From positions 28,458,001 to 28,522,000 of the forward strand of contig CM114271.1 in NCBI GenBank assembly GCA_050084515.1: 64,000 nt of DNA. The letters are read 5' to 3'. The notes under the pieces were generated by a model, which saw only the letters and a list, made by a program, of their open reading frames with translations, was not told the DNA's origin and searched no databases. The position numbers were made by a program, and so were the translations under genes. Below are positions 27,622 to 39,639 of the stretch, in pieces. This DNA is from Blasia pusilla (Eukaryota). The stretch's first letter is position 1; each line of letters starts with the position of its first letter.

Positions 27622-28676
27622 TATTATGCGTATACACATCACTACACAACATACATTTTTGTCACCGAACATACACACAAATACAAACGATCCCCTGCTA
27701 ACTCATGGCATCCAACCATCAACGTGATAAGTACCAAAAATATCTCCCATCGCCCACTAGTTGGTGATTAGGTCCCTCAAACTCCATATAACCATATATC
27801 CCTACCTACCATAACATGCATCTTTAGGATGCTAAGAGCAAAAAGGCATGGTGCTCATGAGCCCCCATCATTAATCGCCTTCTTGTCATCCATATCACAG
27901 ACACAAGTCTAAATCTATAACTACATACTCTATGTACATCTGGGACACATCCATCGTCCGCGATGAACACTAGTGAGAAGTGACGTTAGAGAAGCTATAT
28001 GCCACCCTCTCGAACATCCATCACAGACTAGCATAGTGGTTGCATCACGGGCAGAACTACAAAACATACAGTGCAATCTTGCAAGAACCATTTCTAAGCT
28101 CGAATTAATTGTATTGTCAATGTTAGGAAGGTGATATAGGGCACATTTACGCATATGGTCTTTCCAAACCATACCATGATGTCCCTCCAATAAAAGAAAA
28201 CCAGATGGCAAAACATCACGCACTCTCAAGATAGTGCGCCATGCAATCACATCCAACGTCGTGGATGCCATTTGCTACAAGTAGACATAGTCCCTTATGA
28301 AACCTCTGGATAGTAGGTTGATAACCACCTCCTTGAATAGTTGCATGCCTCAAAGTATCCCGATGCTGCGCAATTGCCAAGTTCTCAAATGCCATGGGCA
28401 TTTCTGTCTGAAACAACTCAACCCTCTAAGAACATGCTTGCATCCATACATTAGGGTCATCAAGATTCAGCACCTCACCAACATCTTAACAAATGGTCGG
28501 AGGTAAACTTGGCTCTCGGCCATAAAGCAACAAATATGGTGAGAAATATGCTAAGGATTCTTGCGTTAAGAATTTGTACCCATCGCCAACCACGAAAACT
28601 AAAGGTCCCAATCTCTTAGGTGACCTCTGTACAAGCCATACTTGCGTGAACCTCTCTCCAATGTATGCACAACCCT
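27622..28676 (-). mobile_element. Ty3/Gypsy PHD-family copy D: integrase C-terminus, PHD, PPT and a single B repeat
   Basis: MPMAFENLAIAQHRDTL...WKDH...CMFC...CDGCSRGWH...WMCPRC. The terminal ~128 bp (27622-27749) matches the B repeat at 46303-46428. Confidence 0.88.
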
Positions 28677-28853
28677 TATGATTTAGGTTGTTATATTAGG
28701 AATATCATTATTCATCGCTCAATTGCTCTAGGCATTGGCTAGGATAAGGCCTGGCCTCTAAGGTCTTTTCCTCTTTTGGTGTATTACTTGTAATGTGTTT
28801 TTTAGCCTTTTGACCTTTTTGGTCCCACGTGCTTGATTTATTTACCATTTACT
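28677..28853 (+). repeat. LINE 3' UTR/tail copy
   Basis: CCTTATGATTTAGGTTGTTATATTAGG...TTTACCATTTAC closely matches 11015-11190. Confidence 0.85.
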
Positions 28854-28859
28854 ATGGTT

Positions 28860-29300
28860 TTAAGAAAAAAAAACTTGGATGGAGTGATTTTGAGTGGTTG
28901 AGTTAGTTGGAAGCTTGCCTTTTATGGATGATGATTCCATACAATGTGTGTCAAGATTTCTAATGAATATGTCATGGAAATGTTTTCTTAAAAATTTTGC
29001 AAGGATCTAAGCAAAGTTTGGAAGAATATAAAATGGATTGACATGATGAAAGTGGATTTATTGGTCAATAATGAAAAAGTAAACCAAAGAGGATTATGAT
29101 CCGATTCAAGTTGAGGTTCAAAAATTTCAAATGGAGAGATATAAGAGTTATTAATGGGAGAAGAAAGAAGATATTCAATGGTGCCAGCAGCCGTAGGAGA
29201 GAAATATGTAAATGAGAGATTCCATTGAGAACTTTCAAGGAGGTGCGGTAAGAGGAGAGGAAGAGAGGAGAGAGGAGAGAGGAAACTACCTTCAACCCAA
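28860..29300 (-). mobile_element. LINE APE endonuclease C-terminal fragment
   Basis: LKVLNGISH / FTYFSPTAAGTIEYLLSS...ESDHNPL match the APE 'T.IDY' and 'SDH' motifs. Confidence 0.65.
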
Positions 29301-30266
29301 AGAGATACTTTTTTTTGAAGAGAGCCTCCTGTTATTTGAAGAGAGTTTCCGTTGGGTTGAAGAGAGGACATTTTTTTGGTGAGCATTTTTGCAATTTTGT
29401 TCTCTGTGCTTAGTCACTCGCACAAAGTGATTTTTTCTTTGAATCCGACGGGTTGCAACTTGCACAAAATAAAAAAAGTGAAAAATCATTGGAATCATAA
29501 ATGTGGAACAAATCACGTTTCCATCCAAGGTCCGAAAAAAATTTATCATTTTTCTATAGCTTATTAGTGTTCAAGCTTATAGTGAACATTTTGGCACTTC
29601 AAAGTACAATCTAAGACCTCATTTTGCATCCTGAAAGTGGTTTGTTTAGGATACTTTGCACTTCTTTTAGGGACAAAATTCGTTGATGGATTCCTACTCC
29701 TTCCTCCGACTCTCTAAAAACTACAAGCAACACATAGTATATGTGGTTACAAGGGAAATATCTTTTCCCACTTGTCTCTCGTTGGACAAAATCATCACAA
29801 GAACATGTGGGAAAGCAACAGATGTGTATCACATGCACCCTTGTGACACTTGAATTCACAGTGTTGTTCCTGACCCAATACATCCTTCCTATTCGATTGC
29901 CATAATGAATGTCTTTTGTGGCAATGATTTCCAATTTTTTTCCTTCCGAGCTGATGTGATTCGCTTTGCTCTCTCCATATTCTGTTTCTCTTCATCCCAT
30001 TTCTTGACTTGAATAGAAACAGTGGATTGAGATCATCCACCTTCTCTGGATACATGTGAACATCAATCTTAGGTTAGATTCGAAATGCAAAGATTTTTGT
30101 AATGCGAACATGTTCTAAACTCCCTTCGTCTACGAGTCTGAATCCGAAACTTGTAAGATTGTCCACTTCCTCCTAAGTGCAATTGGTACTTGCAGCAATG
30201 GGCCAAATGATGGGGGTATTCCCTGGAGCACCAATGGCAGCCGCATAAGACTTTTGGAAGGCGCAT

Positions 30267-30355
30267 GATTCATTTGGGTAGAAGAAGTACTCGATACTCG
30301 ATTCATTTAGGTAGAAGAAGTACTCGATACTCGATTCATTTGGGCAGAAGAAGAC
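30267..30355. repeat. 33-bp tandem repeat, ~2.7 copies
   Basis: GATTCATTT(G/A)GGTAGAAGAAGTACTCGATACTC repeated. Confidence 0.9.
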
Positions 30356-30518
30356 TTCAATTGATCCTTGGTCCTTGTAAAATGATCAAAGGTTTTGAGC
30401 CCCCATAAGCCAGGTTCTGTAAGCGAAGAAAATAAGAACTGTACAAGGATTAGTGCCTGGTTTTTGGGTCAGATTCCATCAGCCGGATGGCTCCGACTTG
30501 CAAGAAGTAAAGAAAATA

Positions 30519-31300
30519 GCAACTTGTCGGAACCGGACGGTTTGCAAGTCGGAGGCATCCTAGGAATATCTATGTGCGACCCGTCGCAATCTGACGGGTT
30601 GCAGCATCCAGGAACCTCCTACTGCAACCCTTCGGAATCGGATTGATTGCAAGTAGGGGGTCAGTCTGACCTGGAAAATCCATATGCAACCTATCGGATT
30701 TCGACAGCTTGCAAGAAGTATCCAGAGACAAAGGTCTGCAACCTGTCGGAATCCGACGGGTTGCAGTAAATCTACACTGATGCAGCCTGTCAGAATCCGA
30801 TGGGTTGAAGATTGAGTTAACTCGTACCCTTGCAACCAACGAGCCGTCGGGATCCGATGAGTTACAGACTGATGCAACCTATCAGAATCTGACGTATTCT
30901 AGGATGTTGCATCTTGCAACCCGTCGGAAACCGACGATTTGCAGACTCAATATACTTTCAACCCGTCGAAAACCGACGGTTTGCAAACCTAGTATACTTT
31001 CTTACTTGCAACTTGCAACCCGTTATGATCTGGCCGATTGTAGGTTGATGCACCTTGCAACCCGTCGGAAAGCGACGATTTTTAGACTTAGTATACTTTC
31101 TTACTTGAAACTTGCGATCCGTCGGGATCGGACGGATTGCAGGAAGATGCACCTTGCAACACGTCGGAAACCGACAGTTTGCAGACTTAGTCTACTTTCT
31201 TGCAACTTGCAATATGTTGGGATCTGACGGGTTGCAGACTAATGCAACTTGTCGGGTTCTGACGACTTGCACACTAAGGCAACCAATCCTATCCGATGGG
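30519..31300. repeat. Array of ~16 degenerate 29-bp palindromes (TGCAACCCGTCGG-nnn-CCGACGGGTTGCA)
   Basis: Copies at approximately 30519, 30575, 30622, 30685, 30737, 30781, 30840, 30872, 30915, 30957, 31014, 31056, 31113, 31155, 31208 and 31243. They lie between a minus-strand AG|GTGAG donor (~31402) and acceptor-like sites (~30420-30445). Confidence 0.9.
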
Positions 31301-32952
31301 ATGCTTGGCTTCTGAGGTTTGGAATCGCTTTTGTTCCAACAGGACATGAAAAAAAATGTGTGTTCTCAACATGAGCTGGAAAGAAAAAATGTTGAACTCA
31401 CCTGCCGCATGAAGTTTTCCCATTGTCTCATTCGTACGGTCCACTACCTGAGCCAAGAACACAACTCTTTATACTTCCCCTCAATCGCATGCTTCTTCCA
31501 CCACCATGAAGTTCCTCTTGGCACTCCATGGCCTGTTTAAAGGGTTTGTTGTCCTTGCATCGTTGGAGTAGAGCAACATGCTCTATTCTCTTATTCTCCT
31601 TGATGCAAGATTTGGTGTACAGAGTCACAGACTGTTGCATATGGAAAGCATCCGACCTTTCCCTCTCTGGTTGAACTTCTCCATCCCACAACACTTCCCT
31701 GATAGCAATCCATCTCGGTTGTGCATTTTCCGCCATGAACCCATAAATTTCAAGAGGTGGCCTTTTGTTTTCCTTCACCACCTCCAATAAGAGTAACCAA
31801 CACATCTTCAAACTACCAACGTCTTCTGCTTTTACCTCACAGACAAATATGGTTTTGAGTCCCTTCTCCACATGGTTGTAAACGTGAGCACCCATGGTCA
31901 ACCATCCATTCAACACCCTATAGCAAATATCAAAGCTTACCCAGCTGCCATAAAGCTCTTCTCCTTCCCTTATTCGATGAATAAGATCGAGGCCACTAGA
32001 CGACCATGTCGTAGATATTTTGAAGATATAAGCTATGTATCCCTCGCATCCCTGGTCCATGAACTGACATCTCTAAACAAATTGAAATCAGGAGTTAGCC
32101 TTGATCCTCGCGGTGGCATCCATTTCGGCTGTCTTTCCATCAAGTACTCGTATTTGACGCAGCAAGTTCCAGAAGCATTCAGGATCAGCGAGAAATGCCA
32201 AATTTTCCCATAGTTGTTTCTCCTCAACAACCATGATCTTGTCTTGGCTAGGGATTCCAAGCAGTTATTCACAAATTTATGATTTTGATCAAATTGACAA
32301 ATTTGTGATTTGTCCATTTGATCACTCCGCGCTTTGATCCCAGAGAATTTCTATATATCTCAGTCACTTTCTTTGCCACATCCTCCTTGATGTGACTCTG
32401 AATTGCACCGATAATAGGATGAGTGTGGGAACCAACATGCACTGTCAGCCTGGTGTACTCAGACGTAGAATTGTAGTCGTGCACAATGAAAAATATGTAT
32501 GTTGGACACGCTTTAACGTAGAAAGGGGATGCGTAACAATGAGGACATCGATGGCCTCGTAGCGGTATGGTCGCCATATGGAGTTTCTGTATTCTTTGGG
32601 GGGGATTGGGACGTATTGACTCGCCCATTGCGCTCTAGAAATGGGCAGCGAGGATTTCTACATTCCATGGCTCCAACGCATTGGCGGCGAGAAACAATCC
32701 AAGGACCACCAGGAATTGAAGCATTAGTCCCTAATAGTCTGCACCATCGATGATAGTCACACTTTTTGTCCATACCCTTCAAGCATCCTCCATCTTTATT
32801 TTGAGCAGGACTAGCAAGTGGAGGCAACTCAAAATGAAATTACCATCGTATGTGGGCGGCAGCTCGTCGATAAGAATGTGCTTGAACATTTTAAAGAGCA
32901 AAGACGAGAGTAAACTATTTCATGCAACAAGAATGAGTAGGTAGAGGCAGGA

Positions 32953-33532
32953 TGTCGTGCGAATCCACATCGTCATATAACATACATCATTGACATACCA
33001 TACTCACATACATACATAACATAGACGAGAGCATACACAAACACAAATGTACCACAACTGAAATCCGTGAAAGACCTACTATCATAAAACACATATAGAA
33101 TCACATACAATCCAGCCAAACCCACTCCACGATGGGAGAATCCAGGTCGAAGCTTGCGGGAACCACCATAGCCAAGAGCTCTACTCACTACCAAGGCTAA
33201 CTCCCAACGCAACACGCTCAACTCAAAGAACTAACTGTTCTTTGAGTACACTCCACACTATATCCTCCAACCTAAGGGCGGGCCCTATTGGAAAAGTCAT
33301 CCTCAACGGAGTAACCCCCAACCCTATGTTTGAAACGGCATCCCTACCTAGACACTACGGCCCTACATAAGGTATGGCCTATACTAGCACACTATACTCT
33401 ACGACATAATCCGTATGGTCATGACAACTGTCGTGCAAATCCTCATCGTCATACAATATACATCGCTGACATACCATACTCACATACATACATAACATAG
33501 ACGAGAGCATACACAAACACAAGTGTACCACA
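32953..33532 (-). repeat. Terminal repeat block of copy A: LTR 32953-33426 plus an extra 104-bp B copy at 33429-33532
   Basis: 32953-33056 and 33429-33532 are direct repeats. The LTR is bounded by TGTCGTG...CATGACA. A purine tract (plus-strand CGCCCCCCT) is at 33536. Confidence 0.85.
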
Positions 33533-35423
33533 ACTCGCCCCCCTAACTGGCGGTTAGGTCCCTCTAACTCCCAGGTAGCCCTATACATCTCCTACATGCT
33601 ATACACCTTCGTGGGAGCACAAATCAGAAGGTCGGATGCGAGGTTGCCCCATCGTTAGTTGCATATCTGTAATCCATATCATGCAAAGATCAAGTCATCT
33701 ATCCCTCCTAAGTACATCCAGGACAAACCCACCTTCCAGTAGGAACGACATCCACACGTGGAGTCAAACACATCATGTGCCAACCCCTAGAACACCAATC
33801 ACACTCCAACATACGGGCTACGTTACCAGCAGACCCACACAACATGCACCTCAAGCTAGCACGTATCATGGCTAATCTTGGGTCAACAGTACCATCCACA
33901 TTTGGAAGATGACATGGCGCACAATTACGCACATGCTCCTTCCAAACAACTCCGTCATGACCCTCCAAGATGAGAAGTCCAGAAGCTAACACTGCTCGCA
34001 CTCGTAAAATAGTGCGGCATGCCATCACATGCAACGTTGTTGGTACAATCTGCTGCAAATAGACATAGTCCCCCACATGGAACCTACAAATCGATGGTCG
34101 ATAATCTCCACCCTGAATGGTTGCATACCCCAAGGTATCCCTGTGTTGAGCAATGGCAAGATTCTCAAAGGCTGTTGGCATAACTCTCCGAAAGAGCTCT
34201 GCCCGCTGAGAACACACTCTCATCCACATCTTTGGGTCATCAAGGTTCACCACCTCACTAGACTCCTGATGAATTTCTGCTGGCAAGTCTAGATCTCGAA
34301 AATAATAGAAAATAAAAAAAGTCCGTATAACAGAAAATAAGGTGAGAAGGAAGCCAAGGATGCTTGGAAACTAAACCTATACCCCATGGCTAACCATGGC
34401 AACAGAATATCCCAGTCTCCAAGATGCCCCTTATGTAGGCCATACTGGCGCAATGCCCTCTTCACCTTCTGAACCACACGCTCAGCCAAACCATCCGCCT
34501 CTGGATGATCTCGAGACGTGGTTCGATGATCAATCAACGCCTTGTCACACAAGACCTGAAACTCACCCTGAAACTCTGTACCCCGTTTGGTCAACATCTC
34601 AGCTGGTGCACCAAAATAACTAAGCACTCTATCAAGAAACGCATACGCCGTTCCCTCACTTGCCTTGTCAGGTAATGCCACCAACTCAATCCACTTGGAG
34701 AAGTGCTCCACCATCACCAACACAAATCGATGATGTCGTACAATCAACGGTAACGGTCCTGCAAAGTCCACACTCCAACGGTAACCCAACCCCATAATAG
34801 GCAAGGGGTGTAACTGTGGTGTAGGGGCATTGAATGATGCCCTCACCTGGTGGCAAACCATACAACGTGACACCAACTGCTGCACTTGAGTATGCATGCC
34901 ACGCCACCAATACTCGCCAAGGAGTAAGCTATACGTACGCTTTACCCCAAAATGTCCCAACTCCTCATGGGCATGTCGCACAATGCGCTCTCTCTAAGCC
35001 AAATGCGGCACCACTCGTACTCTACCATCCTCCCACATACGGAGAATATGTGTTCCCTCCAATCGATACCTCCTAGCACGTTGAAGAACACGGTCTCGCT
35101 CCTTGGCACTCACTATGCCTCACACCCTATTGGTCCGTAGGAACTCCAACACCAACCCATAATCATGAATATCACGCTGATCCGTACCACCATCTCCAAC
35201 CTTAGGATCTGAAGGCTGGCCATCTTCCCTCTAACTAGAGTAAGATGTCATGTGGTCCTCCATATTAGAGTCCGCCCCTAACCAACATAAGAAGGCAAAT
35301 GCATGCCAACCTGGCACCATCTCCTCATCAACCTCGCCATGCCATCTAGCCCCAGTTGCATCCTCTTGGCTAGTACATGGTTTCCTACTCAACCCATCAG
35401 CATCAAGGTTGGCAACTCCAGGT
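32953..35423 (-). mobile_element. Ty3/Gypsy PHD-family copy A: end of RNase H, integrase, PHD and B-A-B terminus; interrupted at 35423 by copy B
   Basis: ORFs 34289-34981 (HAHEELGHFG, CMVC, WSVDFAGP, GLAER) and 33708-34286 (PHD). The RNase H motif PGVANLDADGLS abuts the copy B terminus. Confidence 0.93.
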
Positions 35424-36178
35424 TGTCGTGCGTATAGATATCGCTATACAACATACATCCCTGGTCACATCTACACCACACAACACCGATCTTCCCCACA
35501 CACGGGTCGATCCACACATGTACAAAAATAAACTTATACATATACATGGAGATCAAACAAAAAAGTAAAGAGTAGTAAAAATGGCACACCCGGCCTAAAA
35601 CTCCACTCCTCAATCTACATCGGCATATCAAGCCTCGTCCACCATGTGCTATCAAGGAATCTGGACGCTAGCACCCTAGTCCTATCCCACACACATACAA
35701 GAGAGGTGCTCCAACAACCCAACATGAGAAAGATGGCTTAAGAAAACCATCTTCCTCTCTTATATAGGGTTGGGAAGAGCCAAAAGGATCTTCCCCTAAA
35801 AATAGCCCTCCCCTTCGTAACCAGCTCGCATAGGTTACCAGGGGCGGGTGACTTGGTCAACAAGTCACTCGGCTAGGAAAGACCTCAACATGAAAGTTGT
35901 CAAAAATGACGTTCCTGACACAATGGACCTATCCTCAACCTCATCCGACACCATGGGAAAAACTTACACTCAAGATACTCTGATGGCTCCTACGCCCTAT
36001 CCACAATAGATCTCGGCCTATCGGCTACTCAGATGTGACAGCTGTTGTACGCATACATATCGCTACACAACATACATCGCTGATCACATGTACACCACAC
36101 AACACTGATCTTCCCCACACACGGGTCGATCCACACATGTACAAAAATCAACTCATACATATACATGGAGATCACACA
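35424..36178 (-). repeat. Terminal repeat block of copy B: LTR 35424-36040 plus an extra 136-bp B copy at 36043-36178
   Basis: 35424-35559 and 36043-36178 are direct repeats. The LTR reads TGTCACA...CACGACA on the minus strand, with a TATA-like CCTATATAAG at ~35757-35768. The PPT-like tract is at 36180-36190. Confidence 0.85.
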
Positions 36179-36256
36179 ACCGCCCCCCTAGTTGGCAGTT
36201 GGATCCCCCCAACTCCAGATAGAAAATATCACATCTCTCTGACATGACCTACTACC

Positions 36257-36397
36257 CTATACACATCTTGGACACATCCATCGTCACGTGGGAACCACAT
36301 CAAGAGGGGGGGTTAGACATGACATATGCCACCCTCGAGAACAACCATCACATACCAACATGGTGGCTGCATCCCTCGCAGATCCGCACAACATACA
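36257..36397 (-). other. PHD finger (Cys4-His-Cys3) at the integrase C-terminus
   Basis: CMLCGSARDAATMLVCDGCSRGWHMSCLTPPLDVVPT*RWMCPRC. Also present at ~33708-33850, ~27930-28075 and ~46560-46700. Confidence 0.93.
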
Positions 36398-36399
36398 CC

Positions 36400-37570
36400 T
36401 CAAGCCTGCAGGTACCATTGCCAAGCTCGGATCCACCGTCCCATCTACATTCGGAAGATGACATGGCGCACAGTTGCGCACATGATCCTTCCAGATCATG
36501 TGTTTCAGGCTTTGTGTGATCAGGCGCTGATAGATCACCGCAACACGTCCAGAGATCATCCTGAGGCGGATGGGTTGGCGGAGAGAGTGGTACAGACGGT
36601 GAAGAGAGGATTGCGCAAGTATGGCTTCCAGCAGGGACAGTTGAGGGAGTGAGACCTACAGTTGCCATGGTTGGCTATGGGTTATCGCTTTAGTCGGCAG
36701 GCATCCTTGGCGTCATTTTCACTGTACTTTTTGCTCTTTGGGAGAGAGCCACATTTACCTACAGCAATTTGAGGTGACATGGCGAAGGTGTTAGATCTTG
36801 ATGATCCAGATGTTTGGGTACAAGCATGTTCTCAGAGGGCAGAGGTTTATCGTAGAGTTATGCCTATGGCCTTTGAGAACTAAGCTATTTCCCAGCATAG
36901 AGATACATTGAGGTACGTGACCATTCGTGGAGGAGGTTATCGTCCAAGGATTAGGAGGTTTCATCCTGAAGATTACGTGGATGTCACTACAAGGCACCGC
37001 ACCCACGACGCTAGATGTCACTACAAGGCGCACGATCCTACGTGTGCGCAAGGTATTATCGACCGGAGTCCTCATGTTGGAGGGACGGGATGGTATGAAC
37101 TCGATACTCTGGTCAGTCAACACCTCCGCCGGTGCACCAAAGTGACTAAGCACACGATCTAGAAACGCATAAGTTGTTCCCTCGCTCGCCTTGTCTGGTA
37201 GTGCCACCAACTCTATCCACTTGGAGAAATGCTCCACCATGACCAACACGTACCTATGATGATGCCCCGTCAATTGCAAAGGTCCCGCAAAGTCTAAACT
37301 CCACCAATAACCTAAACCCATAATCGGCAAAGGATGTAACTGCGGAGTGGGAACATTGAAGGATGCTCGCACTCTCTCACATACCATACATCTAGCCACA
37401 AACTGTTGTATCCCAGTATGCATGCCGCGCCACCAATACTGAACTTGGAGTAAGCTGTAAGTACGCTTTACTCCAAAATGTCCCAACTCCTCAAGGGCAT
37501 GTCGCACTACACGTGCTCGTTGGGAAGGATGAGGTACCACTCGTATCCTACCATCTCCCCATACCCGCAA
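36400..37570 (-). pseudogene. Gypsy integrase (zinc-binding and DDE core), with 36500-37094 inverted
   Basis: HALEELGHFG...CMVC, WSLDFAGP and VLTDQ on the minus strand. The continuation (HPEADGLAERVV...) is on the plus strand at 36500-37094. Confidence 0.92.
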
Positions 37571-37899
37571 AATATGAGTCTCCTCCCACCTGAACCTCCT
37601 GGCTCTCTATAGGATCCGATCCCGCTCCCTAGCACTCACTGTACTCGCTATGATGCTAGTGCGCAAGAACTCCTCAACCTCCACGTCGTCATGGATATCA
37701 CGACCACCTGTCGCCTCCTCACTAACCTTTGGATCAAAAGACTCATCATCCAACCCCACCACTCGAGTCATCACCTGTGGCTGACCTGCCATAGTCAACC
37801 AAGAAAGATAGGCATATGCATGCCAACCGGGCACCATCTCCTCATCACTCTCTCCGTGCCATCGAGCTCTTGTGTCGTCTCTCTGACTCGGACATGGGT

Positions 37900-39333
37900 T
37901 ACGACTCAACCCATCCGCATCCTGGTTTAGCCGACCTGGCCTATGAACCACCTCAAACTCATATTCCTGTAGTAATAGAGCCCACCTGGCAAGCTTTCCC
38001 GTAAGCTTGTCGGACTCCATCAACCACCTCAACGGCTGATGATCAGTGATAAGTGTGAAAGGGTTTCCGAATAAATAGCACCTGAAATGTGCCACGGCCC
38101 ACACTACGGCCAAGCACTCTCCCTCGTAGGAGATGTACTTTGCCTCTGCAATGTTGTTCGATCGGCTCGCGTAGCCACAACGAACTCCCTCTCCTCATCA
38201 TCCCTCTGAGTAAGCACTGCTCCTAGACCCAACATGCTCCAATCCGTATGTAACTAGAATGGGCGACCCCTAACCGGTCTCTGTAAAATGGGTGAGGACG
38301 TCAACCTGTCCTTGAGCTCCTAAAATGCTCGCTCTAGATCATCTCCCCACAACCAAACCTGATCAAGTCTCATCAACAAGGTCAAAGACTTTATGATCGC
38401 ACTAAAACCCTTGACATATCGTCCATAGAAGTTCGCCAGTCCAAGAAATGCTTGGACTCGACTCACATCTGTAGGGCGTGGAATCTGCGCAATAGCCTCT
38501 ACCTTTGTCTGCTAAACGTCTAACCCACTTGGGTATATGATGTGTCCCAATTATTCAATCTGCTCTTGAAAGAATCTGCACTTGCCTGGATGTAACTTCA
38601 GTCCATGTAACTGCAATCGCCGAAACACCTCCTCCAAGTGTCGCTCATGCTCCTCAACCGTAGAACTGAAGATAAGAATATCATCTATGTAACATCGTAC
38701 AAAATCCAAGCCAGCCAGAATCCTATCCATCACTCTCTGAAACTCTGCAGGTGCGTTCTTCAACCCAAATGGTAAGAACCGCCACTAATACAAGCAATCT
38801 CTCCCGAACCGATCTATCCCCCAAAATGCTGTCCTCTTGTTGTCCTCCAACCTGATAGGAAGCTGATGATAGCCAACACGGAGATCTAAAGTACTGAAGA
38901 TCTTTGCATGCCCTACCGCATCAAAGATCTCTTCAGGAGAAGGCATGGCATATCGATTTGACCTCGTCTGTCAGTTGATAGGACGATAATCTCCACACAT
39001 CCGCCTATCCGTCCAATTGCCATACATATCCTTCTTCGCCGGCATGACTGTGGTAGATGCATACTCCCCATGTGATAACTCCACAAGTCCTGCCTCCAAC
39101 AAGTCCTGACTCTAGTTCTGAATCAAGGCTCGCTCCATATCAGAATACTTGTAGGATCGACGAAAGATCGGCGTATCGCTATCCAACTCAATCCGTATCC
39201 CTGGACCCTTCAGCGTACCCAAGTCTCTCATACTGAAGGCAAAACAACTGACATGCCTTCTCAGAAACCTATGAACTCGCCGTCGCTCTCCTCCTATCAA
39301 CTTGAGACCTATCATAGGTTCCCAAGTCTCCAT
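37900..39333 (-). pseudogene. Gypsy reverse transcriptase and RNase H
   Basis: RMCGDYRPIN, FSTLDLRVGYHQL, PFGLKNAPAEFQ, YIDDILIFS; RNase H TDWSMLGLGAVL, EGECLAVVWAV, TDHQPL, DADGLSR. Confidence 0.95.
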
Positions 39334-39639
39334 CGTGACCTCACTCGAAGAGAACGCAACCTCTGGCTTTGGTTGTATGTAGCAACCCTAGCCACCTCCG
39401 CAACAACCACCCCACTCTGACCTCCTACATCATGCTCCGCATCCGAAAAATGAACATGTGCTACTCCAGCAGGCTTCACACTCTCTGCTCAAATGACGTC
39501 CCAGGAAGTCCATGGGTGCCTATCTCTCCTCGTCTCGCCCCCAGCCAATGCCTGTACAGACCCTGTAGGCAATGGTCCAACTTGTGGAGGTTGACGTGAC
39601 GGCATGGATGACACTCGCATCCGTATCTGCTCAGCCATA

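Larger units (their letters stand above)
29611..32940 (-). pseudogene. Mutator-like transposase: GCM-like zinc DNA-binding domain, DDE core and SWIM finger, disrupted
   Basis: 32269-32827: GMDKKCDYHRW...CVGAMECRNPRC...CPHC...C...HVGSHTHP (WRKY/GCM1-type fold). 31428-32060: VSFDICYRV...GFMAENAQ...AFHMQQSV (MULE DDE core). 29611-29934: PTCSCDDF...PCNHIYYVL (SWIM). The 5' end is interrupted by a Gypsy terminus at 32953. Confidence 0.75.

Noticed and set aside
30519-31300. CRISPR array (palindromic ~29-bp repeats with spacers)
   Set aside because: Repeats are degenerate, spacers are short, variable and themselves repeated, there are no cas genes, and the context is eukaryotic.
30805-31315. ORFs with repeated LATRRKPT peptides
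   Set aside because: By-product of translating the palindromic DNA array.
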